The notes: generated by a model not told the origin, from the sequence alone. A stretch of DNA of 63,963 bases, filler included, from Octopus bimaculoides (GCF_001194135.2; 9 parts of 9 records of this genome joined end to end with filler, not necessarily neighbours in it), one strand, 5' to 3'; positions 24,495 to 38,500 are shown, numbered from the whole stretch's first letter. Program-made: numbers and translations.

Positions 24495-24595
24495 CGAATG
24501 AATACCCCTAGCAAATTGCCGAAGAAAAGATGTTTCAGAAGTTGTTTGTCATCCATTATGGCAATACGACCAGAACAACACCACCTATTCTGCAC
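24495..24595 (-). mobile_element. Degenerate RTE reverse transcriptase C-terminal remnant
   Basis: RWCCSGRIAIMDDKQLLKHLFFGNL resembles RTE RWxGHVxRMxDxRLPKxLFYGEL. Confidence 0.45.
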
Positions 24596-24790
24596 GGGAT
24601 AATGTAGATCCCGAGAAGCATTGCACTTACAAACGCGTAGTTTTTTGTACGTTCAATTCAGATGGAAACTGTTGAGCTTTTTTATGTGGTTTCTTTAAGC
24701 AATCCACGTCCTAATTGCACACAGCCAAACTGGCAAAACTACGACTCTGTAAACATTCAATTAGTTGGAGGTTCAATCTCTTATATATAT

Positions 24791-25004
24791 GAGGGTGTCC
24801 ATAAATTATCTTTACAATTTGAAACATTCAGTAAAAGAATAATTCAGCAGAGTTTATTGGAAAACAGGCAAACAAATAAAGTCTCATTAGAGACATCAGA
24901 ACACTTCCAAGTGGACTCTTTTGGTTGCAAAGAAGTTGATTGATGGATCTCAACTTTGATACAATAAATTGTGGAAGTTGTAAAGATAATTTATAAACAG
25001 CCTG
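24791..25004. mobile_element. Tc1/mariner-type MITE (~214 bp)
   Basis: TIRs GAGGGTGTCCATAAATTATCTTTACAA / TTGTAAAGATAATTTATAAACAGCCTG followed by TA. Confidence 0.8.
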
Positions 25005-25622
25005 TACAGCCGTAGACTACAAAAGCGGTATTAAGTAATGCTTATTTACGTTCTAAATTCAAATTCCGCTGTGTTTTTCATTCTGGCGTCCGTTAAATTC
25101 GTACCAGTTAAATACTGAGATCATTTATTTGAGTGTACTTCATTACTTCGTTCTCAAATTTTGTGGACATATATAACAGTGGATGAGAGAATAGGTATTT
25201 AGTAATATTCCAGCGTGTTCAGATCCCGCTAGGTTAAAATGTACATTCATTCCTTGTAGGTTGATAAAATGAAGTACCAGGGAAAAAATGAAATTGAGTT
25301 AATTGAATGTGCCTTTGTTCCTAAGTTTGTACTCTTATGGCTATAACAGAAACCGTAACGTTATTTACATTACATCAACATATTTACATTTTAGATGATG
25401 AAAATAATCATAAAAAATTATCCTATAATTGTTTCATGCATTTGTGTGTTTGCGTATATGGAGAGCGAGAGAGAGAGAGAGAAAGAGTGGTGGGGCATCA
25501 AACATCCGTGACAATTTAATCCATCAATGCAATGGATTCTAAATGCTTCGATGATTCCAATTACTTTCTGTTTACATAAACAATCACTTCAAAGAGATTT
25601 ACATTCAGTTAGTTTATCTATT

Positions 25623-25699
<77 letters not shown>

Positions 25700-25917
25700 T
25701 TTTCACAGGTTCCAGTTGTTGACCTGCGGTCTTGCTGAAGTACTTCCCACAATATACTCCTCCTCCTCCAATCAATCCATCTAATATTGTTCCTATATGA
25801 CCAATACACGATGACGCAATCAACCTCTTGATATCACTCTATCCTACCTCAATACTTTTTTTTCAATCTAAAACTAATTTTCTCATTTTCTATCAAATTA
25901 TACTAATATACGCACAC

Positions 25918-25964
<47 letters not shown>

Positions 25965-25984
25965 CAATACTTCTGCACAGTTTA

Positions 25985-26130
25985 AGCTTTTTAAATTCCA
26001 CTCGCAACATCTTGGTGAATCCCAGATAACAACAGAAGACACTTGGCCAATATTCTACGCAGCGGAATCGAACATGGAACCTCGTGGTTGAGAAATGGGT
26101 TTCTTAATCAGATGACTAAGCCTGTGCTGA
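25985..26130 (-). mobile_element. SINE family S1, degenerate
   Basis: GAAGACACTTGGCC...GGAATCGAAC...CGTGGTTG...TTCTTAA. Confidence 0.65.
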
Positions 26131-26699
26131 GCAATTGTGCATATGTGTATATGCTTTAGTGTCAAGCAATTTCTAACATAAAACTACAATAATAAATGGC
26201 TTCTTAAGTCCTGCATTGCTGTATGGATGATAAAGAATGAAAGGCAAATATTACTTCGAACCCATATTCAGCTTGAAAGCCATGGCTTAAAAGAGGTTTC
26301 AGAGCACAAAGTTACTTAGAGATAACTACATCTTTCATATTCTTCATCTAACACTCTCAAATATTCTAATGTCCCTTTCCGACTAAATACAAGGACTGAA
26401 GCAATATAGAATATAGAGCTTTAAATGAATAGATAAAAGTACTGTGAAACTCCAGTAGCATATTTTAATTATTATCCAGGAGTATCTCGACCAATATTAT
26501 ACCCAAACGTTTATTGAACCCCCCCAGTAATGACATTTAGAGATTTCCCTCAGAGGGTCAATTCCAATATTTGTAAAAGCTAGCAGTACTCGTGGAAATT
26601 CCACAGTAAATACGAAATATTTTAGGTGGTTGTAAGTTTATATAGATTCATAAAAATTAGTGATCCTTTATAAATTGTATATTCTGCATTGTTTCCATT

Positions 26700-26845
26700 T
26701 ACATTTCAGTTCTTCTGGCTGAAGCTGTAATTGAAGAAGCATGACTTCCCATTCTCTGAGCAGTTCAGAGGTTCAATTATAAATCTGACTTCACAATGAT
26801 TACAGAGAATATTCATGTCACCAATGTTGTAACCTTCAACCATAT
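26700..26845 (-). mobile_element. Helitron Rep N-terminal zinc-finger-like remnant
   Basis: NIGDMNILCNHCEVRF..EPLNC..NGK then frameshift to VMLLQLQLQPEELK, matching IGxMxxxCxxC...CCxxGKVxL pattern. Confidence 0.55.
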
Positions 26846-27379
26846 ATTTACAGTTTTTTTGTGACGTTCTCATTTTCATTTTATAGTCTAGCTTGAATAC
26901 GTTTTCTTATCTGTTGTAAATACTCACTCTATACTCTTTGATTCATATATCCCCTTCTACATGCTAATGCTCCCTGCTTGCTCTAGTGTTTCGACCCACT
27001 GTTTCTCTTTATGTTATTGCCTATTCGGTCTCATTCTTTCTGCTAGCTGACATCGTCTGTCACCCATATTTCAAAAATAAATATCAATTTTCAAGTGAGC
27101 AGACAATAAATAATTACACTTATGTATATGCGTTATAAAAAAATTAGTTCAATTAAAAAAAATACGTTTCACTATCCACTCACCACTCCAACTCCACCAC
27201 CATCATTTCCCTCTACTCTCTCCATCCCCCTCTTTTTCTTTCTCTCTCTCTGCCCTTCTTTAACCTCACCACTTTTTTCTAAGCATCATATTTATAACTT
27301 TTTTTATATCACTCCCTACAACTAGCTTTTTTTAACTACTTATTAAATATTACATTTCTCCTACCTCATATCATGGACG

Positions 27380-27461
<82 letters not shown>

Positions 27462-28249
27462 TCTCTCTCTTTCCCTATCCCTCTTTTTTTCTCCCTCTTT
27501 TTCTCTGTCCTTTTCTTCCTCCCTCTCGCTCTTCGGCTCTCCCTTCAACTAATCCCATGACAGTGCAAGGCATTTCGGCCTCAGCATATTAATACATAGA
27601 CTCTCTGTATCGATGACAGTGTATAGATGGCGATTATTTTATCGAAGGTGAACAGATGGAATACGTCGCGTTAGCCATGATTTAAACAGAGGACATTCAA
27701 GTGTCAAAGTTAACAAAGTTCAGAGAATGTTGAAGAGAAATTACCAGAGACATTTTCTGCATAAAAAATTAGAAGTTAAGTATAAGTGGATGCTAACATA
27801 ATTAATGTTACTTAGGTAAAAATGTTTAATTAACTATAATTACATCCAGAATGAGAAGAATGAGCAAATGATATCAGTTCAGGCCAAATAAAAAGTTTTT
27901 TAAAAATGTAGCATAAAAAGCATTGCCCGTAATGTCTTGGTCACTTTTTCGCTCGACTGATGGTGAAATTAAAAAGAAAGAAAAAGATGGTTAGTGGGGT
28001 GGTGGGGCGGTGGGGCGGTGGGCTGATGGGTAGGTAGGTAGACGGATGAATGAATGGGTGGATAGATTTGTAGGTAGATGGATGGGTGGATGGATGAGTA
28101 GGAAGATCAACGTTTGCTTTTGTATCTTGTCATAGCCTGCCTATGGAAGCATAGGCGAAACTCAAGAATAACAAGAGGCTGACTCGACCAACACACACAC
28201 ACACACAACACACACACGCAGTCAGACACACACACACACACTCACAGAC

Positions 28250-28317
<68 letters not shown>

Positions 28318-28329
28318 CAGCAGTGATCA

Positions 28330-28950
28330 TTAAAAGGAACTGCATGAAAACGGAATATATATACAGACCAAAGATATAGCACAGCCGAATAGAAGTGGGA
28401 AGAGTTGAAATCGAGGAGATAAAGGAGTAAGTCTACTTGGGACCTACAAAATATGCGCCGAGACGTGGATGTTGAAATTTCGCAGAAAATTAAGGCAGGA
28501 TCGAAGACATCTATTTCAATAAAAGATGTGCTCAAAGAAAACCTGGACAAGACCCTACGTACAGTCTTTTCAATGGCACCGTCGTGCCTGCACTCTTATA
28601 CGCAGGTAAGATGTAGGTTCCTACGAAGACGAAAAATATCATTGGCTGTGATGTAAAAGGCCATGGAAAGACCCGTCTAAGGAATATCATTGCGAGAAGA
28701 TATCCGAAATGAGATTATTCGAGAGCCATGCGGAGCGAACGACGTGATAGCAGAAGACCAAAAGTACAACATCCACTGGGTTAGGCATATCGTAAAGTTT
28801 ACAGGCAACAGGTGGACCCGTGAAGTTGCTGAATGGTATCCAAAAGATCGGAAAGCCTCCACGACTATGGGAAGATTTGGTTAAACAATTCGGACCCAGA
28901 TGGAAAAGAAGGGTGAAGTCGAGGAAGCATACTATGACCAGCGATATTAT
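28330..28950 (+). mobile_element. RTE-1-like LINE RT/thumb 3' fragment
   Basis: EISQKIKAG...IKDVLK; ISLREDIRNEIIR; HWVRHIVKFTGNRWTREVAEWYP; stops and frameshifts. Confidence 0.85.
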
Positions 28951-29226
28951 AACAACACCTAATTGTCTGGGTGATGCAGATGATATATAGACATTTTTCT
29001 GTTTTAAAATACTGTATCTTGATTGGTTTACGTGAGGTGTCTGAAAACGTTTGCACAGCCATTTTTGGTGGTCGTCTCGCAACCCCTACTACAAAATATA
29101 ATGATTGACTCCAACAGGGCCAATGTTTCATCTGTAAAAACGTAATGCGAAACATCCACTTATAAGTTAGCAATTAGTAGAAATTTACAATAGTTTGAAG
29201 TGGCCAAAGATTTTGGCACGTTACTA

Positions 29227-29267
<41 letters not shown>

Positions 29268-30519
29268 GTGTGTATGTGTGTGCGTGTGTATTATGTATGT
29301 GTGTGTGTGCGTGTGTGCGTGTGTGTCTGTGTGTACCTGTGTACGTCTGTATGTGTTTATGTATGTATGGTGTATGTGTGTGATAGATATTTTTTTGTCA
29401 TGTCATATCGTAATCAATTACATGTTATCATTCTATCAAATTACATGATCAATTTGAACAAAATGTTACCAGTTTATCTCTCCTGATATAAACGAGTGTA
29501 CTCGCTACTGTGGATTAATGACATCGTTTAAGATGATCAATAAGTAGTTACTGATGATCAAGTGAGGCAGCCGTGCAAATAGAGTGTTTTCTTTATTTAT
29601 GACTTCCTTTATTTGCTAAATATTACATAATATTGATTTCTAATCTTTTAACGAGTAACAAGTTGATTTAAGGCCGATCGGGAGTTTTACTAGTATTCTG
29701 TATAGATCCTACCCTATTATACAACTTGTACACACAAGACAACAAGGTAGTTTCCCAAAAGTCGTTAAACCTGCTAGAAATAACAGCAAAATCCCTCTCA
29801 AATTACACCCTGCGTAAAACTATGAATATATTAGATGATGTAGTCTACTTACAATTGTTAAGAAAGATGAGATGCTCACAGTTTTTTGCACCTTTCGTTC
29901 AAGTTTAAGCAATAACAACGGGTGCGCATTATGTTTAACTTTATTTTTCCCATGAAGATGAAAGGCAATCTTAGTCTTAACACATTCTTGTTCTATATAA
30001 AATTTATTCCAGTCTGAAATACTGCTGAAATTTATGAAACGAAAACATAGCCACGGATACAAGCATCCTTAACACTACGTCAAATAAAACATCCTTTTAT
30101 ATCTGAAAAAAGCCTTATTTCACTGCCCAGTAGCAACAACAACTACAACATCGTCAACAAAAGCAACAACTGTAGCAGCAGGAATAAATCTTCCGTCTTC
30201 TACAAAATGTCGCGAGGCAGTAAAAGCGCCTTTATTTAGTTGCTCGACTTGCTAGAAGTAGCAATCAAATTTCACAGAATTACATCACGTTGTCTTCAAA
30301 AAATTAAATGGGCAGTTTTTCAACATTTAAATCAAAGGAAGAAGAGGTATGCCCATGACCCTTTCAGGACTTCCGTGGTTGGTGGATTTAAGTTATCCTT
30401 ACATTGAGGGCCTTGATTAACTGCTTAAGACCGTGGACAACGCTAAAGTCACATAGGACCGAGTGGTGGTATGAAACTGAACAGGGGATTATGTTTATGA
30501 ACCAATAAAAAGAACAGTT

Positions 30520-30685
30520 CCACCGACGGTCTCCACATAGTTTCTGTCAATCAAATTTCTCTCACAAAATTTGTGTGAAACCGAAGCTGTGGTCAAAGTG
30601 GTTGGTCACGTTGCCGTGTAATGGGATCGAACCCAAAAGCACTTAGTTATGAAACGAATTTCTTAAGCAAATTACCATACCTACC
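30520..30685 (-). mobile_element. SINE family S1, degenerate
   Basis: GGGATCGAACCC B-box-like reverse; TTTCTGTCAATCAAATTTCTCTCACAA tail. Confidence 0.6.
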
Positions 30686-30964
30686 TTCAGAATTGAACAA
30701 ATAACAGTCAAAGCATAAAAAAGGCGTGTTGTTCACAATTTGAACAACTTTGAGGGCCGTCTGCTGAGTTAAATAAAAAAAATAAGATTGTTCGAACGCT
30801 GGAACACAAGTTCTAGTACATATCTGATATTTTCAGTTGGTAGACAATATTTCAACTTTTATTCTTGAGAAAATCTCAGACAACCAAATATCCATAAAAA
30901 TTGCAATTAGTTTTTTAAAACTCGTCTTACCGCAAACCTACGATGTTTGCTATAAAATATGTCG

Positions 30965-31140
30965 TTTGACATGCTAGATATAGTAGCCAGTATCTCCCCG
31001 AATTCCTATCTCTATCTCTTGAAAAGGAGAGGAGTAAACATTGGATACAAGACAATAGTATCTTGAATGTGGAGGACTGAGAGAAGTACGGTACGTTCGC
31101 GGCTGGAAGGTCTTTGATCATAGGTCTAATCAATGCGGAT
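30965..31140. repeat. Dispersed repeat family X (CTGCTAGAAATAGCAGCCAAATC-like)
   Basis: Related segments at 29770, 30245, 32255, 36445(-), 37115, 38470-38690(-), 52625, 61490-61670(-). Confidence 0.65.
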
Positions 31141-31360
31141 CATAATACGTGGTAATCAATAACAACGACCTGTTTTATTACCTTCAGTGACATTGAATAG
31201 TACATATGCTTTTGAGGGACACACTGATGTAGTGGTGATGAGGCCCACTTCATTTAATACTTCAATCCATATGTAGATACTAAATTTTAACGGTTTAGCG
31301 AACAGCAGCAACAGTTTGAAACAACAAGACCAAGCGGTAAAATTTGGNNNNNNNNNNATA

Positions 31361-31446
31361 AATTGGTGATACTTCTACAATACACAAAATACAAAATATA
31401 ATTTTGTAATATAATTCCTTACTTTTAATAATAAAAGTACAGTAAG

Positions 31447-31488
<42 letters not shown>

Positions 31489-31562
31489 ATGGCTATGAAA
31501 GTCCAGTAGAGTAAAATAGGAATCAAAGGGATCCATAGGTAAAAAATGGTTGAGAACCACTG
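31361..31562. mobile_element. hAT MITE, right part (same family as 60978-61208)
   Basis: AAAGGGATCCATAGGT-AAAAAATGGTTGAGAACCACTG followed by ATCTAGAA; left end lost in gap. Confidence 0.65.
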
Positions 31563-31854
31563 ATCTAGAAGTTTTCTTGCTGCCTCAGTCATATAGAGAG
31601 TTTCTCGGAAATGTAGTCAAAGAGTATTTGGTCAAAAATAAGGTTCTGTCCGGTCAAACCAACAAAAGTCATTGGGAAAACATGCTTACAGATACCTACA
31701 AGCAGGGAAATGATATTTTTAGTAAATACTATTATAATAATGCTAATATTATTCCTGAACTCAACAAATGTTTGCCATATGTAAGTATACAGATGGTGAC
31801 GAGTGAACAAGCGATTCTCTTCATGTCATTCTACATTTAGAAAGAGAAGCCGAA

Positions 31855-32250
31855 TAAGGCGGTGAACTGGCGGAAACGTTAGCACGCCGGGCGAAATGCT
31901 TAGCGGTATTTTGTCTGCCGCTACGTTCTGAGTTCAAATTCCGTAGAGGTCGACTTTGCCTTTCATCCTTTCGGGATTGATTAAATAAGTATCAGTTACG
32001 CACTGGGGTCGATATAATCGACTTAATCCGTTTGTCTGTCATTGTTTGTCCCCTCTGTGTTTAGCCCCTTGTGGGTAGTAAAGAAATAAGAAACGTTAGC
32101 ACGCCGGACGAAGTGCTTAGCGGTATTTCGTCTGTCTCTATGTTCTGAGTTCAAATTCTCCCGAGGTCGACTTTGCCTTTCATCCTTTTGGGCGTCGATA
32201 AATTAAGTACCGAAAAAAATTTCGGGTCTTGTGTCTAGAGTAGAAAAAGA
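31855..32250 (+). mobile_element. Two tandem S2 SINEs
   Basis: Near-intact head AAGGCGGTGAACTGGCGGAAACGTTAGCACGCCGGGCGAAATGC and core; second copy starts ~32090. Confidence 0.9.
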
Positions 32251-33062
32251 AAGAGCAGCCGAATATACTTGAAATCACATTCTACCGTCTTGAAAGGACA
32301 CATAAACTAATGTAATCCAAAATACGTCATGTCAAGGAAAGAAACACGACGGGATAGTCTTTAAAACCTTCCTACACAAGCCTCTTTATTCACCTGAGAG
32401 TAAACAAGTATTCGGATGTTCACTATTGCAAAAATGTTATAAAATGTGGTGGAAGGGAGAAGCTATAAAATATGTATAAGCAACTGTAGTTCGCTTTACT
32501 CAAACTGACTCCATTTGTAAATGCACCATCAGTAAACCGATCTTAACAACACAACATCCGCCCCAATTAACCAGAGTCATAAAGCATGAGAAAGGAAAGG
32601 GGTGATTGTTTGAATTATTGTCTCCAAATAATTCAATTCATAATTGTTTGATAATCGACCGTTCTTGATTGAACAGTAATAATTAGATTGAGCTGTCGTA
32701 GTTTCCGTTGCAGTTACACTACAAAGCGGAACAATTCATAGTGAATTACAGGATGATAATAACGGTGGGGGAGGGGTTGATTGAGGGTAGTTAAGAGAAA
32801 AGAGAGAAGGCAAGAGAGATATAGATGCAAACTTGTTCAATCCCTTGTGGGTTTTGAGCTTCATCAATCCCAGGACTATCATGCAGTAATCTCGGCATAG
32901 TTGACTGGTTTCTTCAACACACTGTTTCATTGGACCATGGAAACAGACGTGGGCATCACCAATTATTTAGCCTGATTATAAATGTTTCTGAACTTCTTTC
33001 CTTCCCTACAAAATACCACACGTACCCACACATATGCATTTTCACTCTCCACTATGTCTCTC

Positions 33063-33108
<46 letters not shown>

Positions 33109-33289
33109 GCAGTGTTTGTGTATGTGCGTGGTATATATATATATATATATATATATATACTTAATCAATGTATGTATAGATTATTTGAAGAATAGTTGTT
33201 ACTAAAGAACTACAAAAGAGCTCGATGCTGAATACAGCACTCGAACTTGGGATCTGAAGAAAGCCGCTAAAGGCAATATACTAGCAGTG

Positions 33290-33740
33290 CAATAAGATAC
33301 CACAAGGATATGAGCAATGAGGAAACAGATATATAGAGGATATATCACCACCATGTTGATTATGTTGCGCATGAGACAAGATTGGCTCAAATAACACACA
33401 AAATCTGGTGCCACGACAAAGTTGCCTCAGTTAAAAGTGGTATGAACATATACCAACGAAAGCTGTCGAAAACGAACAGTCAAAGCTTTTATGAGATTTC
33501 AAAATCCGAACATATTAAGTACTAGAACACACAAGACCGGACATCGCTGTACTAGAGAAAGATAGAACAAATATGGCAATAGGTGTGCCCTGTCCGTTCG
33601 CCACCATGGGGAAAAAAAGAAAACGAGAAGAGGAATAAATACCAGGAGCCAAAGAAAGGATTAAAATGGTTTTGTAGCTGCAGGGAGGTTATTGTAATTC
33701 CTGCCATGATAAGATGGCGAGGAACAGTGTCTAATCCCCC
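33290..33740 (+). mobile_element. Highly decayed Dong/R4-type endonuclease fragment, divergent family
   Basis: LAQITHKIWCHDKVA, *DFKIRTY*VLEHTRPDIAVLEK, IGVPCPF, KYQE, VIVIP. Confidence 0.7.
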
Positions 33741-33760
33741 CAGCAAATAGTTTTTAATAA

Positions 33761-35063
33761 CACTGGGAACAGGGTTTTTGTTGTCTGATGTTGGAGACAT
33801 GTTTCCTACTAATTCAGGGGTGCTGACTTCAAAAATGAAATCCATTTTGTTCTATCACGTCAAGATTTTTCACAAACTTAGTTGTCCATTTTTCAACATT
33901 TCTGCTATTGTCACCATTTGCAAGGATAGATTTGACTTCATCAAATGCGAACTCATGGATGGCGCTTGAGATAACTTTGAAAACAGTTTTTCAATGTCAT
34001 TTAAAGTAAATACAACTACATTTGTTTACGTTATAACTGTTGACTATTCTGAAAATGCTTTTCCAGCTGACAACTGGCTTGAACATGTTTTGTATTTCAG
34101 AAATATGGCCAGTTGTGAGAGAAGAGAATGTAAAAACAGTCCCGATGTCTTCTGCTTATTTCTGAATTAGGTAGTGAAACAAAATCGCAGATTTTGTGAA
34201 GAAAGCTTACCTTACTTCCTTACTTACTGTAGCATGAAATTGAGTGAGAAGACAAAGCTTGGGCATCCTATATAGTGTGCAAAACATGTGTTGAAACACT
34301 GTTTACAGCTTTGTCTTGTGAGAAAAATAAGGTTGGAGTATTTGATGGGCCACATATTAGGTGACTATCGCAGCACAAGCTATTTTTGGAGACCATGCCT
34401 GTCATTGAAAAAGAAGCATGAAATGCTTTTGTTGCAGTTGTATCTGATTTCCCGAGAAACAGGAAGCCATTAAATTATGAAAATCTTGTGCAGATCCTGT
34501 TAACCAGTTTTCGAGCACTGGGCTGCAACATGAGTGTAAATGTGCATTTCCTGCACAGTCATCTGGACTACTTCCTTGAAGATCCTAAGGCAATAGTGAT
34601 GAGCAAGGAAAAAGATTCCACCAAGACATCGAGAACATGGGGACTGGGTATCAAGGCAGTCGGAACACCAACGTGGTGTTGTCTACTACTGATCACTGTA
34701 AAGAGATTGTCATGATGAAATTTATTCACATAAAGCGACAAAGAGAAAGTTCATTCCTTGAGTAGTTCAAACTCCAATTTCACAGAAATATCTATTCTAA
34801 GATGTGTAATTAAACATTTTGTGTAATATATTTGTTAAACAATAAAAAGTACTATTTGGTTTGTGTTAGTTTCTTATTTCAGTCTTGCATCTAATGGCAA
34901 AATTGACATTTTTTGGTAAAAAAAGGAATTCCTGTTTAACAAAAAAACTTGACGTGATAGGAAATTTCTGGGGCATTTCTGAACCCAACACTATCAAATT
35001 AGGTAGGACAAATTGTAAAAAGTAAGACAGCTAAAAAATTTTTTTTTTAAATGTTCCCCAGTG
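33761..35063 (+). mobile_element. Chapaev3-like (CMC superfamily) DNA transposon, internally deleted
   Basis: Ends CACTGGGAACA / TGTTCCCCAGTG, TAA TSD on both sides, 13-bp subterminal inverted repeat (33852, 34948); peptides CKNSPDVFC, IVCKTC, KVGVFDGPHIR, LGCNMSVNVHFLHSHLDYF, FHQDIE. Confidence 0.85.
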
Positions 35064-35510
35064 TAATCAGCTTAACAATTAACTTTGCGACACTTCAAGA
35101 AACATGTGTCCTTGATACAGCTAGAATCAACAGATGATTCTGAAGGCATGGGTAGCAACTTGATGTTTAGTGAACAAAACCAACTGAACGCTCCTTTTTT
35201 TTAATAACCACAGAGGGTTGATAAAAGGATCGAAGACAGTACAGGACGACACAGTTTGGGATTACATTAGAAAATCCTGTAAACAAGAGAAGTAACAGAA
35301 ATTTCAAAGAAAAATTCCCCAAACGGGTTGAGATCTACAGGAGCTACTCGTGGAAACCCTACAAGACCATAATCATCCTGACCATGAAGGCAATTCTCCT
35401 CTCCCATGCCGCAGTGAAAAAAAAAACGAAGATGTTTGCTAGTAAGATAGTGATTAGGATCTGATGATCGCAAAATGAAGTTCTTAACTATTTGATCATT
35501 CATTAGACAT

Positions 35511-35564
<54 letters not shown>

Positions 35565-38500
35565 TGCGTGCGTATATTTCTTTGAAATATATGAGTGAGC
35601 GCGTGTATGTGTATGTACGTCCGTATACTTTATTAGTTTTAGTTTACGAATTTCTCATCTTGGCAAGGAACCTGTTTCTAACCGAGAAACAAAGTTCATT
35701 CATTGGAATTTAGATACCATCAGTGTTGTAGTCATGTATGTATGTATGTATGTATGACTGAATGTATATAAGTATACGTGGATTCGTATGTATGCACATA
35801 AGCATGCATGTATATGTATGTATGTATGCACATAGGACTGCGCACTCATACCAGTGAATTTGGACTAAATCTTTGTTTAGTGCAAGAAGAGAACTCAAAA
35901 CAGAATAACGAAAACCATTCACGCTTAGAAATACAAAAGACGATGTTTAACAGGATGATGTAATAATTACTAACAGCATACATAAAAGACGGAGTATAGT
36001 AAACAGAGAGAAAAGGTAAAAAAGTAATCAGCTGTACATTTTTGTTCATATACATATTTGTGCCAAGCTGCGTTGTTAGAAACATATTATGTGTATGAAA
36101 GGTCGCTGTTGAGTGAAATGATTTAAATAGGATCCTATGGAAGAGGAGGACAAAGAGAAAGAAATTGCCGACTCCTGAAACTCACCAAGAACAAAGTCCA
36201 AGCGGTGTACTGGCAGAATTGGTGCCCTCTTCCAACATTAGAGATGCGAAGAGGAAAGATTTATATGCATAGACAGCTGCTCGTATTTCATAAGGAAACG
36301 TTACCCAGGCCTAAACCTTGACATGGACTTTTTTGGTGCAGATCCAGAATTTCATGAGATGTACAGAAGCTCCATGTAGTGTATATTATCCAACATATAT
36401 TTTCTTTTCTAAAATCATGCCGATGTCTTTTAAAGAAGATTTAGCTACTATTTCTAGTAGATTGTGAGCGTTCTCTTGCTGGATTTTCGAAGTATTTCTG
36501 CATTCAAATCCAGCGATGTCAATCAAAATAAAATCAGTGGAAGCGTTTTAATAGACTGTCCCTCCCCCAACAGTTTATTTACGTCCAGGGTTCAAATCTC
36601 ATCGCAATTGACTTTACTTTTATTCTCTATCTTCAGTAAGTAAGGGTCGATAAAATTATTCACAATCAACTATCAGAGTCGATATATTAGACTGTTTCGT
36701 TTATGTCAGCAATCAATAATATTGTAATTCTCGTAACTTATTCGTTACCATCAACTCAGTTTATTAATGAAATTATTTACTTATATAAAAAAAAATGATA
36801 CATATTGGAGAGAATAAAAGCAAGAAACTATTGATTTCGGATCAAGTCTAACTGTATCAGCAATAATTTTCAATATTCATTAATGTTCAATATATTTCCT
36901 ACAAAGTAATTATCTAATTCTTAACCCAGTATTATTATTCAATAACAATGGCCGAATCTAAACACAACAACACCATTTTTGTACTTGTAAAGACTAACAA
37001 AGAAGGACACAACCCATAGCCCTTTCATTACTATCTGTAAAACGATAGCTTCTCAACTTTTCCAACAGTTCCTCTTATAACTTGAATATAGAACCTAATT
37101 CGGTCAATAGACCTACCAGAAATAGTAGTTAAATACCCTCAAATCACAACCTACCACCTTAAAAATTAAGTGTATTTAGTCCTTGATACATTATATCTGA
37201 ATAGACAAGACAAGCACGGCTGGGACAGAACGTTCAGTCGACCAGTTATATTTCTACATTACAAAAAAAATATATTCTAATAATTATTTTTAAACAATTC
37301 CTAATAAGATTTAATTATAAAAATACAAAAATATAATAGGATTTTTAAAACATCGACTGGCTAAGAGGGGCCATCAAAGTAAAGTAAGAAACAAGAGTGT
37401 CCATAGCTAAAAAAATGAATGAGAAACATTGATTACAAACTTATCTCCCTCATTTACACGATTTCTTCACACACACACACACACACACACACCTTTAGAG
37501 AGCGTGATACACAGAGAGTAGCCTATGTGTTTGAATGTGTGTGTATTTAAATCAATCTTGCCTTTTTATTTTTGTCTGTTAAAATGTGGTTGTCACTAAA
37601 TACAACAAAAGATAAGAAATGGTCAAAAATTGTCAACTTATTTGTAGATTGGACATAATAATAAAGCCGCCACACTATGATGACCAATAAACTGAATAAG
37701 TGAATGTTCGGTCATTAGCATAACTGAATATTCTTTATGCCATCTCAGAGATACATACCTGCTGTTGCATTAATATCTCTGTCTATATAGAGTAACTATA
37801 TAGTCTAACTATTCTAATTAATCGCACTCAAACACTCTCACCGACACATATGTGCGCGCGCCCGTGTGTGTGTGTGTGTAGTGTGAGAATGTGTGATATT
37901 CTGTACATTTATGTGAGTGAGAAAGAGATTGTATACTTACGAGTATGTATCGCGTATCTGTGCGTATTGTAGGTGTGTAACTTTGTATGCGTATGCAGGT
38001 GAATATAGCTCTGTGTATGTTAGTGTACTTCTCTCTTGTAATGTGTGTAAGTGAGTGTAAATGTTCATAAGTATTCGTTTGTATACCTTTCCTCTTTCTC
38101 TGAATGTGTATGTATGTGTATCAGTTTGTTTACACCCCCCTCTCTCTTTCTTTCTGTATGTATCTATCTATCTATTTATCTATCTGAATGTGGGCATATG
38201 TGTATGTCCATTATATTGTATGTGGAAATTTGTTGTGGATGTTGTAAGACAAAGGAAAGTTGGTTAAATTAATATATAAAATCAACTCCTTAGAACTTGT
38301 ATGCCTTGTCTACTTTAACCTTAAGTAGCCGAGTTACTCACGAACATATTAAAACAGATTCCTATTTCCAACTTAATTTGGAAATTATCATATCCGAAAT
38401 TATTTCTGAAAGTTTAATTTTAAATATTCATTTGGCACTCTCGGAATGCCGGAGCGTCCATATTTTAGGACCAGACAATTGCAAGGGTTGTTGTTAAACC

